Positions 19,947 to 29,147 of a stretch of 64,000 bases of DNA are shown here, piece after piece. The stretch covers positions 64,001 to 128,000 of the forward strand of contig CAVOKF010000008.1 of NCBI GenBank assembly GCA_963696385.1. Direction: 5' to 3'. Every line of letters starts with the position of its first letter. Positions within the stretch are counted from its first letter, which is position 1. The notes under the pieces are model-generated. The model was given only the letters and a program-made list of their open reading frames with translations, made no database searches and was not told where the DNA came from. The stretch comes from an uncultured delta proteobacterium (GTDB lineage: Bacteria; Myxococcota_A; Polyangia; Polyangiales; Polyangiaceae). The translations under genes were made by a program, and so were the position numbers.

Positions 19947-20213
19947 CAGTTGGGCTCGTTGGTCCGTTCCCTAAAGTACGCCGCCCCAGAACAAAGAGAT
20001 CAGCCGGGGGGTGTACTTCAATCGTCGGGAGGCGATTGGGGGTTTGGGGCGAACAAGGAAATCATCTTAGGACAGCGCCTGCGCCGCTGTTTCCCCTTCC
20101 CCTGACGGGGTGCGCCGGACATCCACGCCCCCGGCCAGTGTTGTGCCCCGACGGGGACGCCGGGACGTTCACGCCCCCGGAGAGGAGGATCGGGCGCTCG
20201 CCCTCTTCGTCGA

Positions 20214-21146
20214 TCACTCTGCGGGTGGACGCGCCAGCTCGCCGTCCAGGGCCGAACCCATCCAGTCCTCGTCTTGGCCTTCTTCGGGGAGAAGCAGCGG
20301 GGACCCGTCGTAGCGTACGCGCCGTCCATGAAGGAAGAACGCCTGCACGAGATACATGGCGAACGACCGACGTTGGAGTGCCGGATGAATGTGGGGCGCG
20401 ATGAGAGCGGCGTGCTCGTCCGCAAGGCGGCTCCAGTGGAGCCCCGGGTTCATATGATGCATCCCATGAAAGCCGTTGTTGAAATGAAACCAGTTGAAGA
20501 CCCTACCAACGAAGTTCCGTGAATGGTTGTAGCGATGATCGGTGTCGCAGCCGTCATGCCAAAGAAAGTTGACCGTGGTGATGCCCCAAACCGCGCTCAA
20601 ATGCGGGACGAAGACGAAGAGGAGCGCTTTCTCCCAATCGACGAAGAGAAGCGCGATCTTGACGCCCCAGGCGAGCATCAGCTGCGCATGGCGCTCGGCG
20701 TACCAGTCGCGTCGCGCCTGCTTCGCGAACCTGACGTACTTGGCGTTTGCCCGCACGACATCGAACGCCACCGCCGGGAAGAAGGAGAGCAGACCGACGA
20801 GATTCCACGATGAGCGAACTTTCGTCGTGCGCATCACGTCTCGGCGTTGCTGGACATAGCGGTGGTGGCTCAGGTTGTGCCCGGGAACGTACTCGTTGAC
20901 GGGAAAGCCGTAGGTCAACGAGAGCACCGCGCGAGTCAGGCGGTTGAGCCGCGCGGATCGCCAGAGCGGCACGTGCACCACGTTGTGAGTGATGACGGCG
21001 TTGATCCACGATATCCAGCACATGAAGGCGCACGCAGCGCACGTGGGCAAGCCTCGCGCCACAGGCAAGTGCCACGCGTAGCCGAGCGCCACGAAATACA
21101 TCGCGACGAAGGCCACGGTACGGAGATCGCTGCGGTAGCGGAGCAC
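20214..21146 (-). CDS. Membrane fatty acid desaturase family protein
   Basis: Three His boxes HNVVH, HNLSHH and HGMHH, with hydrophobic segments. Confidence 0.9.
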   Translation of the reverse strand: MLRYRSDLRTVAFVAMYFVALGYAWHLPVARGLPTCAACAFMCWISWINAVITHNVVHVPLWRSARLNRLTRAVLSLTYGFPVNEYVPGHNLSHHRYVQQRRDVMRTTKVRSSWNLVGLLSFFPAVAFDVVRANAKYVRFAKQARRDWYAERHAQLMLAWGVKIALLFVDWEKALLFVFVPHLSAVWGITTVNFLWHDGCDTDHRYNHSRNFVGRVFNWFHFNNGFHGMHHMNPGLHWSRLADEHAALIAPHIHPALQRRSFAMYLVQAFFLHGRRVRYDGSPLLLPEEGQDEDWMGSALDGELARPPAE

Positions 21147-21206
21147 CGGGGGGGGTTCCCAAGAAGGATCGACCTACCGAAGAAGCACGAAGAAGGCCCA
21201 GCAACT

Positions 21207-21227
21207 TGGTGCGAACGGAGGGATTGA
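21207..21227 (-). mobile_element. Duplicated tRNA-Leu 3' end (att-like site)
   Basis: Minus strand TCAA-TCCCTCCGTTCGCA-CCA versus the tRNA end TTCAAG-TCCCTCCGTTCGCA-CAA; at least 14 bp identical. Confidence 0.7.
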
Positions 21228-21264
21228 GAAACGCCGCTTGAGCCGCTCACTTTTAATCAGTCCA

Positions 21265-21419
21265 CCACTCTTTCGCAAGCCGGGACGAGGCACCTGGCAA
21301 CACCTCAGAGCCGAAAGACGAGAGCCCACTCTTTCGCAAGCCGGGTCGAGGCACCTGGCAACACCTCAGAGCCGAAAGACGCGAGCCCACTCTTTTCGCA
21401 AGCCGGGTCGAGGCACCTG
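21265..21419. repeat. ~61-bp tandem repeat, 2.5 copies, downstream of tRNA-Leu
   Basis: CCACTCTTTCGCAAGCCGGG(A/T)CGAGGCACCTGGCAACACCTCAGAGCCGAAAGACG(A/C)GAGC starts at about 21265, 21326 and 21387. Confidence 0.92.
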
Positions 21420-21442
21420 CGGACCTTGCTAACGAAGTCTTG

Positions 21443-21526
21443 TGCGAACGGAGGGACTTGAACCCTCACGAGAGTTACCCCGCCAGAACCTGAATCTGGT
21501 GCGTCTGCCAATTCCGCCACGTTCGC
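21443..21526 (-). tRNA. tRNA-Leu (anticodon CAG)
   Basis: Acceptor stem GCGAACG/CGTTCGC, D-arm TGGCGGAATTGGCAGACGC, anticodon arm CCAGA-TTCAGGT-TCTGG, long variable arm, T-arm GAGGG-TTCAAGT-CCCTC. CCA not encoded. Confidence 0.96.
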
Positions 21527-21573
21527 ACGAAGCGTGGACACGGGTACTCGCTCGCGGAAATCACGTCAAGCGC

Positions 21574-21656
21574 CGCTCTGGGCCGTGATCGCGCGACGCG
21601 GCGCTCTGGGCCGTGATCGCGCGACGCGGCGCTCTGGGCCGTGATCGCGCGACGCG
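21574..21656. repeat. 28-bp tandem repeat x3 between tRNA-Leu and pyrC
   Basis: CGCTCTGGGCCGTGATCGCGCGACGCG(G) at 21574, 21602 and 21630. Confidence 0.93.
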
Positions 21657-21763
21657 CGGCTCGCCGTCCGGCGCGGACACAGTGGGGTGCCACCTCGGGA
21701 CGGCGCCGCGCCGGCGGTCGACGTGTGCCTCAGAGCTCGCTATACGCCCCCGACGTAGCGCTC

Positions 21764-23080
21764 ATGACGGACTGTCTCGTGTTTCGCCATGTGCGCGCCA
21801 TCGACCCGGCTGCCTCGCTCGACGGTGTCGTCGACGTCGTCGTCGAGCGCGGCCACATCACGCGGATCGGTCGGAACGCCGCGGCCGATCTCGTGCTGCC
21901 CAACGGTCTCGAGGGCCTGCGCGTCATCGAGCGCCCCGGCGCGTGGCTATGCCCGGGCCTTGTCGACTTGCACGCCCACTTGCGCGAGCCGGGCGCGGAG
22001 GGCAAGGAGAACGTCGCGAGCGGTCTGGGCGCGGCGGCCGCGGGCGGATTCGTGGACGTGTGCTGCATGCCCAACACGCGTCCGGTCAACGATTCGCGCG
22101 TGGTCACCGAGATGCTGGTCGGCAAGGCTCGATCGCTCGGAGGCGTGCGGCTTCACCCGATTGGTGCCATCACCCTGGGGCAGCTCGGCGAGCAGCTGAC
22201 GGAAATGGCCGACCTGAAGGACGCTGGAGCGGTGGCAGTGAGCGACGACGGCCGATGCGTCACGAACAGCCAGGTCATGCGGCGCGCGCTCGAGTACGCG
22301 TCGACGTTCGACATGACTCTCATCCAGCACGCCGAGGATCACGCGCTCACCGAGGGGGCCCAGATGCACGAGGGCGGGATCTCGACCCGACTCGGCCTGC
22401 GCGGCTGGCCACGCGTCGCCGAAGACATCATCGTCGCCCGGGACCTGCTGCTGGCCGAATACGTAGGGGCCCGATACCACGTCGCCCATGTGTCGACCGA
22501 AGGCGCCGTGCGACTCATCCGTGAGGCGAAAGGGCGCGGCATCGAGGTTACCGCGGAGGTGACGCCACACCACCTGATGCTGACCCACGAGGCCGTTCTC
22601 GGCTACGACACGGCGTGCAAGGTCAACCCGCCGCTGCGCGAGCACCGCGACGTCGAGGCCTTACGATGGGCCCTTGCCGATGGAACGATCGACTGCGTCG
22701 CCACCGACCACGCGCCACACGGGGTGTTGGACAAGAACGTCGAGTTCGCAGAAGCGGCGCCGGGCATGATCGGACTCGAGCTTTGTCTGCCGGTGCTGCT
22801 GGGGCTCGTGCGGGACGGCACCCTGCCTTTGGCCCGGCTGATGACCGCGCTCACCGTGGCTCCCGCCCGCGTGGCGCGGCTCGATCCGCCCACACTGCGG
22901 CAAGGCGCCCGGGCCGACCTCGTTCTCATCGACCCGGCGGAGCGCTGGGTCATCGACCCCGCCCGGCTGCGGACGCGCAGCCGCAACACCCCATTTGCGG
23001 GGCACGCGGTCGAAGGGCGAGTCGTCATGACCGTCTGCGACGGGCGTATCGTCCACGAGCGCACGGAGGCTGGAACGTGA
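21764..23080 (+). CDS. pyrC: Dihydroorotase (type I)
   Basis: DLHAHLREPG, MPNTRP, HVAHVST, KVNPPLR and ATDHAPH motifs. Confidence 0.95.
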   Translation: MTDCLVFRHVRAIDPAASLDGVVDVVVERGHITRIGRNAAADLVLPNGLEGLRVIERPGAWLCPGLVDLHAHLREPGAEGKENVASGLGAAAAGGFVDVCCMPNTRPVNDSRVVTEMLVGKARSLGGVRLHPIGAITLGQLGEQLTEMADLKDAGAVAVSDDGRCVTNSQVMRRALEYASTFDMTLIQHAEDHALTEGAQMHEGGISTRLGLRGWPRVAEDIIVARDLLLAEYVGARYHVAHVSTEGAVRLIREAKGRGIEVTAEVTPHHLMLTHEAVLGYDTACKVNPPLREHRDVEALRWALADGTIDCVATDHAPHGVLDKNVEFAEAAPGMIGLELCLPVLLGLVRDGTLPLARLMTALTVAPARVARLDPPTLRQGARADLVLIDPAERWVIDPARLRTRSRNTPFAGHAVEGRVVMTVCDGRIVHERTEAGT

Positions 23081-24225
23081 CCGACCCGACCCAACACGAT
23101 CGCGCTTGGCTGGTGCTCGCCGACGGTACGACTTTCGTGGGTCGTCCGTTCGGCGCACGCGGAGCGACGACAGGCGAAGCCGTGTTCACCACGACTTGGA
23201 CCGGATACCAAGAGGTGCTCACCGACCCTTCCTATTACGGTCAGATTGTCACGATGACCGCGCCGGAGATCGGCAACGTCGGGACCAACAGCGAGGATAC
23301 GGAAGCCGTTTCGGAAGTGCCACGCGTGGCGGGGTTCGTCGTGCGGGACGCCAGCCCCATCGCATCGAACTGGCGATCGCAAGAGAGCCTCGACGCCTAC
23401 CTCGCGAGGACGGGCGTCGTCGGCATCGCGGACGTCGATACCCGCAAGCTCACCCGTCACTTGCGCGATGTCGGCTCTCAGAACGCCGCGATCGGAACGT
23501 CCTCGCCCGAGCAGCTCTTGCGCAGCGCACGGCAGGCTCCGGACATGAATGGGCTCGACTTGGTGCGGTTCGTGACGCCCAAGCAGCCCTATTCATGGAC
23601 CGAGGGACGCGGAGAATGGGCCACCGCTGCAACGCGTCCCCCGGAACACCATGTCGTCGTCATCGACTACGGAATCAAACGCAACATTTTGCGATGCTTG
23701 ACCGACGCGGGATGCCGCCTGACGGTTCTGCCGGCCTCCGCGACGGCGAGCGAAGTGCTGTCGTACCGGCCCGACGGAGTCTTTCTGTCGAACGGCCCAG
23801 GCGACCCGGGCGCGTTGGATTATGCGGTCGAGACCATTCGGGGCGTGCTCGGAATTCGTCCGCTATTCGGTATTTGTCTCGGCCATCAACTCCTCGCTCG
23901 GGCTCTCGGCGCGAAGACCTACAAGCTGAAGTTCGGTCACCGAGGCGCCAACCAGCCGGTCAAGGATCTGACGACTGGACGGATCGAAATCACCACGCAA
24001 AATCACGGCTTCTGCGTCGATCTTGCCACGATGCCCTCCCCTATCCAATCGACGCACATCCATTTGAACGACGGCACGTCCGAGGGGCTCGCCGCCCCGT
24101 CGCTACGAGCGTTCAGCGTACAGTACCATCCGGAGGCCGCCGCCGGCCCGCACGACGCCCTGTACATGTTCGACCGGTTCATCGACTCGATGTCGGCGCC
24201 CGCCGGCCAGCGGGACGCGCGATGA
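23077..24225 (+). CDS. carA: Carbamoyl-phosphate synthase small subunit
   Basis: GYQEVLTDPSY, LSNGPGDP, GICLGHQ and VQYHPEA motifs. GTG overlaps the pyrC stop. Confidence 0.97.
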   Translation: MTDPTQHDRAWLVLADGTTFVGRPFGARGATTGEAVFTTTWTGYQEVLTDPSYYGQIVTMTAPEIGNVGTNSEDTEAVSEVPRVAGFVVRDASPIASNWRSQESLDAYLARTGVVGIADVDTRKLTRHLRDVGSQNAAIGTSSPEQLLRSARQAPDMNGLDLVRFVTPKQPYSWTEGRGEWATAATRPPEHHVVVIDYGIKRNILRCLTDAGCRLTVLPASATASEVLSYRPDGVFLSNGPGDPGALDYAVETIRGVLGIRPLFGICLGHQLLARALGAKTYKLKFGHRGANQPVKDLTTGRIEITTQNHGFCVDLATMPSPIQSTHIHLNDGTSEGLAAPSLRAFSVQYHPEAAAGPHDALYMFDRFIDSMSAPAGQRDAR

Positions 24226-25628
24226 GAGAGCGCACCGTTCATTTCGTCAGCCTCGGATGCGTGAAAAACCGCGTAGACACCGAGGTCATGCTCGGGGTCG
24301 CCGGCCGCGAAGGCTGGCGAATCGTCTCCGAGGCCGGCGTGGCCGAAGTCATCGTCGTCAATACCTGCGGGTTTATCGGCGAGGCGAAGAAAGAGTCGAT
24401 CGACACGATCCTCGAGATGGCGGAGTACAAGCGCGTCGGCGCATGCAAGAAACTGGTGGTCACCGGCTGCCTGGCCCAGCGGTATGCGGCGGATCTCGCC
24501 GCCAAGATCCCCGAGATTGACCATTTGTTGGGGTCGAGCGACATGCTCAAGCTCGAACGCGTTCTCGCCGGAGACGCCGAGCGGATGCTGGTCGGCAACC
24601 CGGCCGACTGGCTGCTCCGGGCTACGGACCCCCGGATCCTGACGCAATCGAGGGCCAGCGCATGGCTCAAGATCGCCGAAGGTTGCAATCGCACCTGCGC
24701 CTTCTGCGTGATTCCTCAGATTCGCGGAAAACAGCGATCGCGAACGATGGACGACATCGTTGCGGAGGCCGAGCGCTTGGCCGCGGGGGGCGCCATCGAA
24801 TTGAACCTGGTGTCGCAAGACACGGTGGCGTGGGGGCGCGACCGGCCCGCGGCCGAGCGCATCCCGCTCGCCGAGCTCGTTCGACGCGTCGCGGACGTGC
24901 AAGGCGTTCGTTGGGTGCGCCTCTTCTACCTGTACCCCGAGACCCTGGACGACGCGCTGATCGAGCTCTTGGCCCACCATCCGAAGGTGGTTCGTTACGT
25001 CGACATGCCGCTGCAGCACGCCTCGGACGCCATGCTCCAACGAATGCGCCGCGGCCACGGCAAAGACCGCCAGCGTCAGGTCGTCGAGCGGCTGCGGCAG
25101 CAGGTACCCGGGCTGACCTTCCGTACGGCGTTCATCGTCGGTCATCCCGGCGAGACCCAAGAGGACTTCGACGAGCTTTGCGCGTTCGTCGAATGGGCGC
25201 GGTTCGAACATGCCGTCGTCTTCCGCTACTCGGACGAGGAGACCTGTGCCGCCCACGGCATGCACAAAAAGGTATCTCCGCTCGTGACCGCCAACCGGGC
25301 TCGCAAGCTGATGGCGTTGCAGCGAGGCATCGCGCGAGAAAAGAACCGGGATCTCATCGGCCGCGAGCTCGAGGTGCTCGTGGAAGGTCCGAGCGACGAG
25401 CACGATCTCGTGATGAAGGGTCGTCATGCGGGTCAGGCGCCCGAGATCGACGGAAGCGTGTACCTGAGCGACGGGGAGGCCCACGCCGGCCAGATGCGGC
25501 GCGTACGCATCGTCCAAGCGAGCGACTGGGACTTGGTCGGCGAACTGCTCGACGAAGCCACTGCTCCTGCTGCCAAGCGCGTCACGCTGAGGGTCGTCTC
25601 GGGCGCCGGGGACGCTACGGCAGATTGA
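24222..25628 (+). CDS. rimO: Ribosomal protein S12 methylthiotransferase
   Basis: SLGCVKNRVD, VNTCGFI and KIAEGCNRTCAFC motifs; QAPEIDG TRAM region. Confidence 0.95.
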   Translation: MRERTVHFVSLGCVKNRVDTEVMLGVAGREGWRIVSEAGVAEVIVVNTCGFIGEAKKESIDTILEMAEYKRVGACKKLVVTGCLAQRYAADLAAKIPEIDHLLGSSDMLKLERVLAGDAERMLVGNPADWLLRATDPRILTQSRASAWLKIAEGCNRTCAFCVIPQIRGKQRSRTMDDIVAEAERLAAGGAIELNLVSQDTVAWGRDRPAAERIPLAELVRRVADVQGVRWVRLFYLYPETLDDALIELLAHHPKVVRYVDMPLQHASDAMLQRMRRGHGKDRQRQVVERLRQQVPGLTFRTAFIVGHPGETQEDFDELCAFVEWARFEHAVVFRYSDEETCAAHGMHKKVSPLVTANRARKLMALQRGIAREKNRDLIGRELEVLVEGPSDEHDLVMKGRHAGQAPEIDGSVYLSDGEAHAGQMRRVRIVQASDWDLVGELLDEATAPAAKRVTLRVVSGAGDATAD

Positions 25629-25977
25629 CCTGAAGCAGCTCCGGCGGGCTGCTCAGATCCCCGTACTCCTGCCAGATGGCGAGCACATCGCCGTTGTGAG
25701 CGTAGACTTGCACCTGCCAACGACCGGTGTCATCGGCTCGGGTGACCACGCCGACCTGGTCGGCGGTCAGGGTGGGGTTTTGGTTCTCGATCACGATGAG
25801 CGCGTCTGGCTCGGCCCCGCCATACGTATCGGAGACGAGGTCGACGTGATCGGCGTCGGATCCGGCCGTGACGGTGGGAAGCGCCGGCGGCGGCAGCGGA
25901 AGCGTCGGGCTCGCACACGCCCACACCGCCGCAGCAACCGCAACGAAGAAGCCGATAGGAAAGAGGCGCCGGAGCAT
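25615..25977 (-). CDS. Small hypothetical lipoprotein
   Basis: Signal MLRRLFPIGFFVAVAAAVWAC followed by ASPTLPLPPP and a beta-rich domain. ATG start at 25977 inferred. Confidence 0.6.
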   Translation of the reverse strand: MLRRLFPIGFFVAVAAAVWACASPTLPLPPPALPTVTAGSDADHVDLVSDTYGGAEPDALIVIENQNPTLTADQVGVVTRADDTGRWQVQVYAHNGDVLAIWQEYGDLSSPPELLQVNLP

Positions 25978-26219
25978 CGGTGTAAACTCCGTGGCGAGTC
26001 GGGTCAATCTCGCTAGCATGTTCTGGGCCGCGACGCTTTTCAGGCCATCGTAGGGCCCGGGGTTGCGCCGTAACGTCAACGCGGTTGCCACCCCGCCCAT
26101 CCGGTAGACAGCCGCACGAGGATCTTGGACCCGAGGGCCCGTAGGGGATACTCGGGCAAGAAACGAAGCGCGCGGCGCCCGAGCCATTCGCCTCACGAAA
26201 CGAACCCACGACAATCGCC

Positions 26220-28871
26220 ATGGTGCTCCACTTTGCAGAACGTCCGTGGACGGGCGGTCGCGCCCAGGTTCGGAGCGTGCTGGTCGGCTGGGTCCTGCGG
26301 GGGTGGCGCTCGCGCGCGCGGCCCTTGCCCTTCGCGGTCGCATTGGCGCTCCTCGTTGCAGGCCGGCCGCGGTTCGCCCCCGTGGGATCGGCGGCGAGCT
26401 CCGAGGCAACCTTGGCGGCGGCCTTGTCGTCACGCGGCCTGGCGTGCAACTCGAACGACGTGACGTGGCTGCCCTCGCCGCGCACTCTCGGAAGGGCGCT
26501 TTGGGGCGGCGCGCGTGCCCTGGTCCGCGCCAGCCCGACGGGCGAGCCGAGCGACCTTTACCTGGTCGAAGCGCGACTCTCTCCCGAAGGAGCCGTCCTC
26601 GACGTCGGAACCGCGTGGAACATTACCGAAACGAGCGGGGTCGACGAGTCGCGCCCGACGCTGCGGGACCGCACCGCCGTGTACACGACGAGCTCCGACG
26701 GCCTGATGACGGGAGTGCACGTCCTCGACCTCGCCGGCTTCGAGCCAGACGCCGGCTTTTCGGCCTTGCAACGAGCGCAAGTCGCCCTGACCAACTTGGA
26801 GCAAACCGGACAGGCGGCCGGCGTCACGCACACCGCCTTCGCTTTCGATCCGATTGCCCGCGACGGTTCCGTCGTGTGGCGGCCCGACGGCGTCGTCGAG
26901 GCCCACGCGGACGGCCACGTCGTGCTCATCGATCCGATTCAGAAGAGAATCGTCGCCGGCGCGGGATTCGTGCGCGTCGTTCCCGACGAGCATGCGCGGC
27001 CCGGCAGCCTCGTCAACTGGGCGGTCGATCGGGTTCGGGCCCTCTCCTGGTTCGGCGACGACCGAATGCAATGGATCAAGGCCGTCGCGTTCACGGCTGC
27101 CGACACGTTGCACTCGAGCGTGTTCACCCACACCACGGCCGACGAGGTTTCGAGCGAGCTTGGTCGGATCGCGACGGGCGCGTCACGCACCCCTTTCACC
27201 AATCCCGAGACGGGCTGGCCCCCGGCTCCCATGGCTCCGATTGTGTCGCCGCCGCTGCCCGGGGAAGGTCGGTGGATTGCCCTCGACGAGGATCCGTTCA
27301 TCACGCCGTCTGCAGACGGTACGGCTCCGCCCTTCGTCACGTCGTTCATCCGGCCGGACGCCCAGCGCCAAGATGTCCGCGTGTACGTGACCCTTTGGGA
27401 TCCACGCCTCGTGAGTCTGCACATGGAGGCGGGCACGGTCGAACCGGTCAGCGCCAATGGCGAGCGCGGGTCGGGCATGATTGCGCGAACCCCCGAGGTC
27501 ATCGGCCGCGTGGTGGCCGCCTTCAACGGCGGATTTCAGGCTCAGCACGGCGAATACGGAATGCAAGCCAACGGCATCCAGTATCTGCCACCGAAGCCGT
27601 ACGCCGCCACCGTCGCCGAACTTCGCGATGGGTCGACCGCGTTCGGAGCATGGCCCGACTCAGCCGTCGTACCCGACGATGTCGTCGCGTTCCGCCAGAA
27701 TCTCACCCCGCTCGTGCAGGACGGAAAGTTCAACCCGTGGGGACGCACCTGGTGGGGTGGCACGCCGCCCGGTTGGCCCGACCAAATTCACGCGACGCGG
27801 AGCGCCATCTGCCTCACGTCGGATGGCTTCGTGGGCTATTTCTACAGTGCCAGCATCTCGGCGGACGACCTCGCCCAGGGCATGCTCGCGGCGCGTTGCT
27901 CGTTTGGAATTCACCTCGACATGAATCCCGGGCACGCCGGCTTCGAATTCTACGACGTGGCGCCCGCGGGGCATCTGCGTCCGCTCTTGCGACGGCTGCA
28001 AAGCGATTGGGAAGCCGAAGGGCGCGTGCCCGACATGGCCGGTTATGCGTTCCGATCGCGCCGCATGATTCGCAGCATGGGCCATATGCTCTTTCCTCGC
28101 TACATCCAACGAGAGGCGCGCGATTTCTTCTATCTGACCCTGCGTCCGACGTTGCCGGGTGCTCCCATCGCGTCCAGCGCCAGCCCGTCCCCCGATTCGC
28201 AGGAAGGTGTGTGGCGCACCCACGGGTTGCCGCAACACGGGTTTCCGTCTGCGGTGGCCACGACGTGGGTGCGAATCGATGCGACGCATCCCGACCTCAA
28301 AGTGCACGTCATCCGCGCCGATCCACACGCCATGGCACCGTTCGACCGCGCTTCGGGCAATCAGCCGACGGTTCTCGCACTCTCGGCTCCGCTGCGCGGA
28401 GCGCTCACGCTCTGGTGGTCGCCCGGGGTGTTCGCCATCGGTGCCACCGCTCCGCCGAACGACTCGTTCGCCGTCATCGCAGGCCAACCGTTCGACGATC
28501 CGCGCGCCCAATCCGCGAGGGCGGCCGTTGGCGTCGCGGATGCCGACGGAACCCTCGTATGGGCGGAGATCGGCCCGGGCCATGCTCCCGAGGCGCCCCC
28601 CTCCGCGCTGGACGCGTTGCTCGAACGACTGGGCTGCTCGGCGCGCATGGCCGTAACGGGCGACTCGCATGCTTTCCTGGGCGGCGATCTCGACGTCGCC
28701 GGCGATGCCGTGGCGCAGCCGCCGCCCGCGGTCGCCCGGCTGGTCCGCGCTCGAGCTCCGGACGCCCATCCCATTTTTTTGGACACGCCCATCGTGCCGA
28801 TTCGCGTTTGGCAACCGCTTCAAGCCAAGCGGATCCGATACTTTTACAAGCCGGCGCCAACGGCCCCTTGA
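26220..28871 (+). CDS. Large exported protein with a phosphodiester-glycosidase (NAGPA/DUF2233)-like domain
   Basis: VVAAFNGGF, TRSAIC and IHLDMN motifs; N-terminal hydrophobic segment. Start uncertain. Confidence 0.6.
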   Translation: MVLHFAERPWTGGRAQVRSVLVGWVLRGWRSRARPLPFAVALALLVAGRPRFAPVGSAASSEATLAAALSSRGLACNSNDVTWLPSPRTLGRALWGGARALVRASPTGEPSDLYLVEARLSPEGAVLDVGTAWNITETSGVDESRPTLRDRTAVYTTSSDGLMTGVHVLDLAGFEPDAGFSALQRAQVALTNLEQTGQAAGVTHTAFAFDPIARDGSVVWRPDGVVEAHADGHVVLIDPIQKRIVAGAGFVRVVPDEHARPGSLVNWAVDRVRALSWFGDDRMQWIKAVAFTAADTLHSSVFTHTTADEVSSELGRIATGASRTPFTNPETGWPPAPMAPIVSPPLPGEGRWIALDEDPFITPSADGTAPPFVTSFIRPDAQRQDVRVYVTLWDPRLVSLHMEAGTVEPVSANGERGSGMIARTPEVIGRVVAAFNGGFQAQHGEYGMQANGIQYLPPKPYAATVAELRDGSTAFGAWPDSAVVPDDVVAFRQNLTPLVQDGKFNPWGRTWWGGTPPGWPDQIHATRSAICLTSDGFVGYFYSASISADDLAQGMLAARCSFGIHLDMNPGHAGFEFYDVAPAGHLRPLLRRLQSDWEAEGRVPDMAGYAFRSRRMIRSMGHMLFPRYIQREARDFFYLTLRPTLPGAPIASSASPSPDSQEGVWRTHGLPQHGFPSAVATTWVRIDATHPDLKVHVIRADPHAMAPFDRASGNQPTVLALSAPLRGALTLWWSPGVFAIGATAPPNDSFAVIAGQPFDDPRAQSARAAVGVADADGTLVWAEIGPGHAPEAPPSALDALLERLGCSARMAVTGDSHAFLGGDLDVAGDAVAQPPPAVARLVRARAPDAHPIFLDTPIVPIRVWQPLQAKRIRYFYKPAPTAP

Positions 28872-29147
28872 GCGACGCGAGGTCGGCGGGGGCCACCCGC
28901 GAGCACCCCAAGCGGTGCCCCGAGCCTTGGCGCCGAGCGATCGGCCCCGCGTAACGGCTCGCGCATCCGGGTGAGCGGCGCTAACGTGCCGGCGTCGAAG
29001 GTCCACCGTTTTCAGGTAGCGCTGCCCGAGACAACGAGGAGCGTCGGCGAGGGAGTCTGCATGGCGATGCACGGCCGTGCTTCCCACCTTCCTGGGGCTC
29101 GCGAGGGATGCGATGGTATTGTAAGTGGGCGGCAGGAGACTCGTGCC

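Noticed and set aside
21265..21419. CRISPR array near the tRNA
   Set aside because: The inter-repeat segments are nearly identical, so this is a tandem repeat rather than repeat-spacer units.
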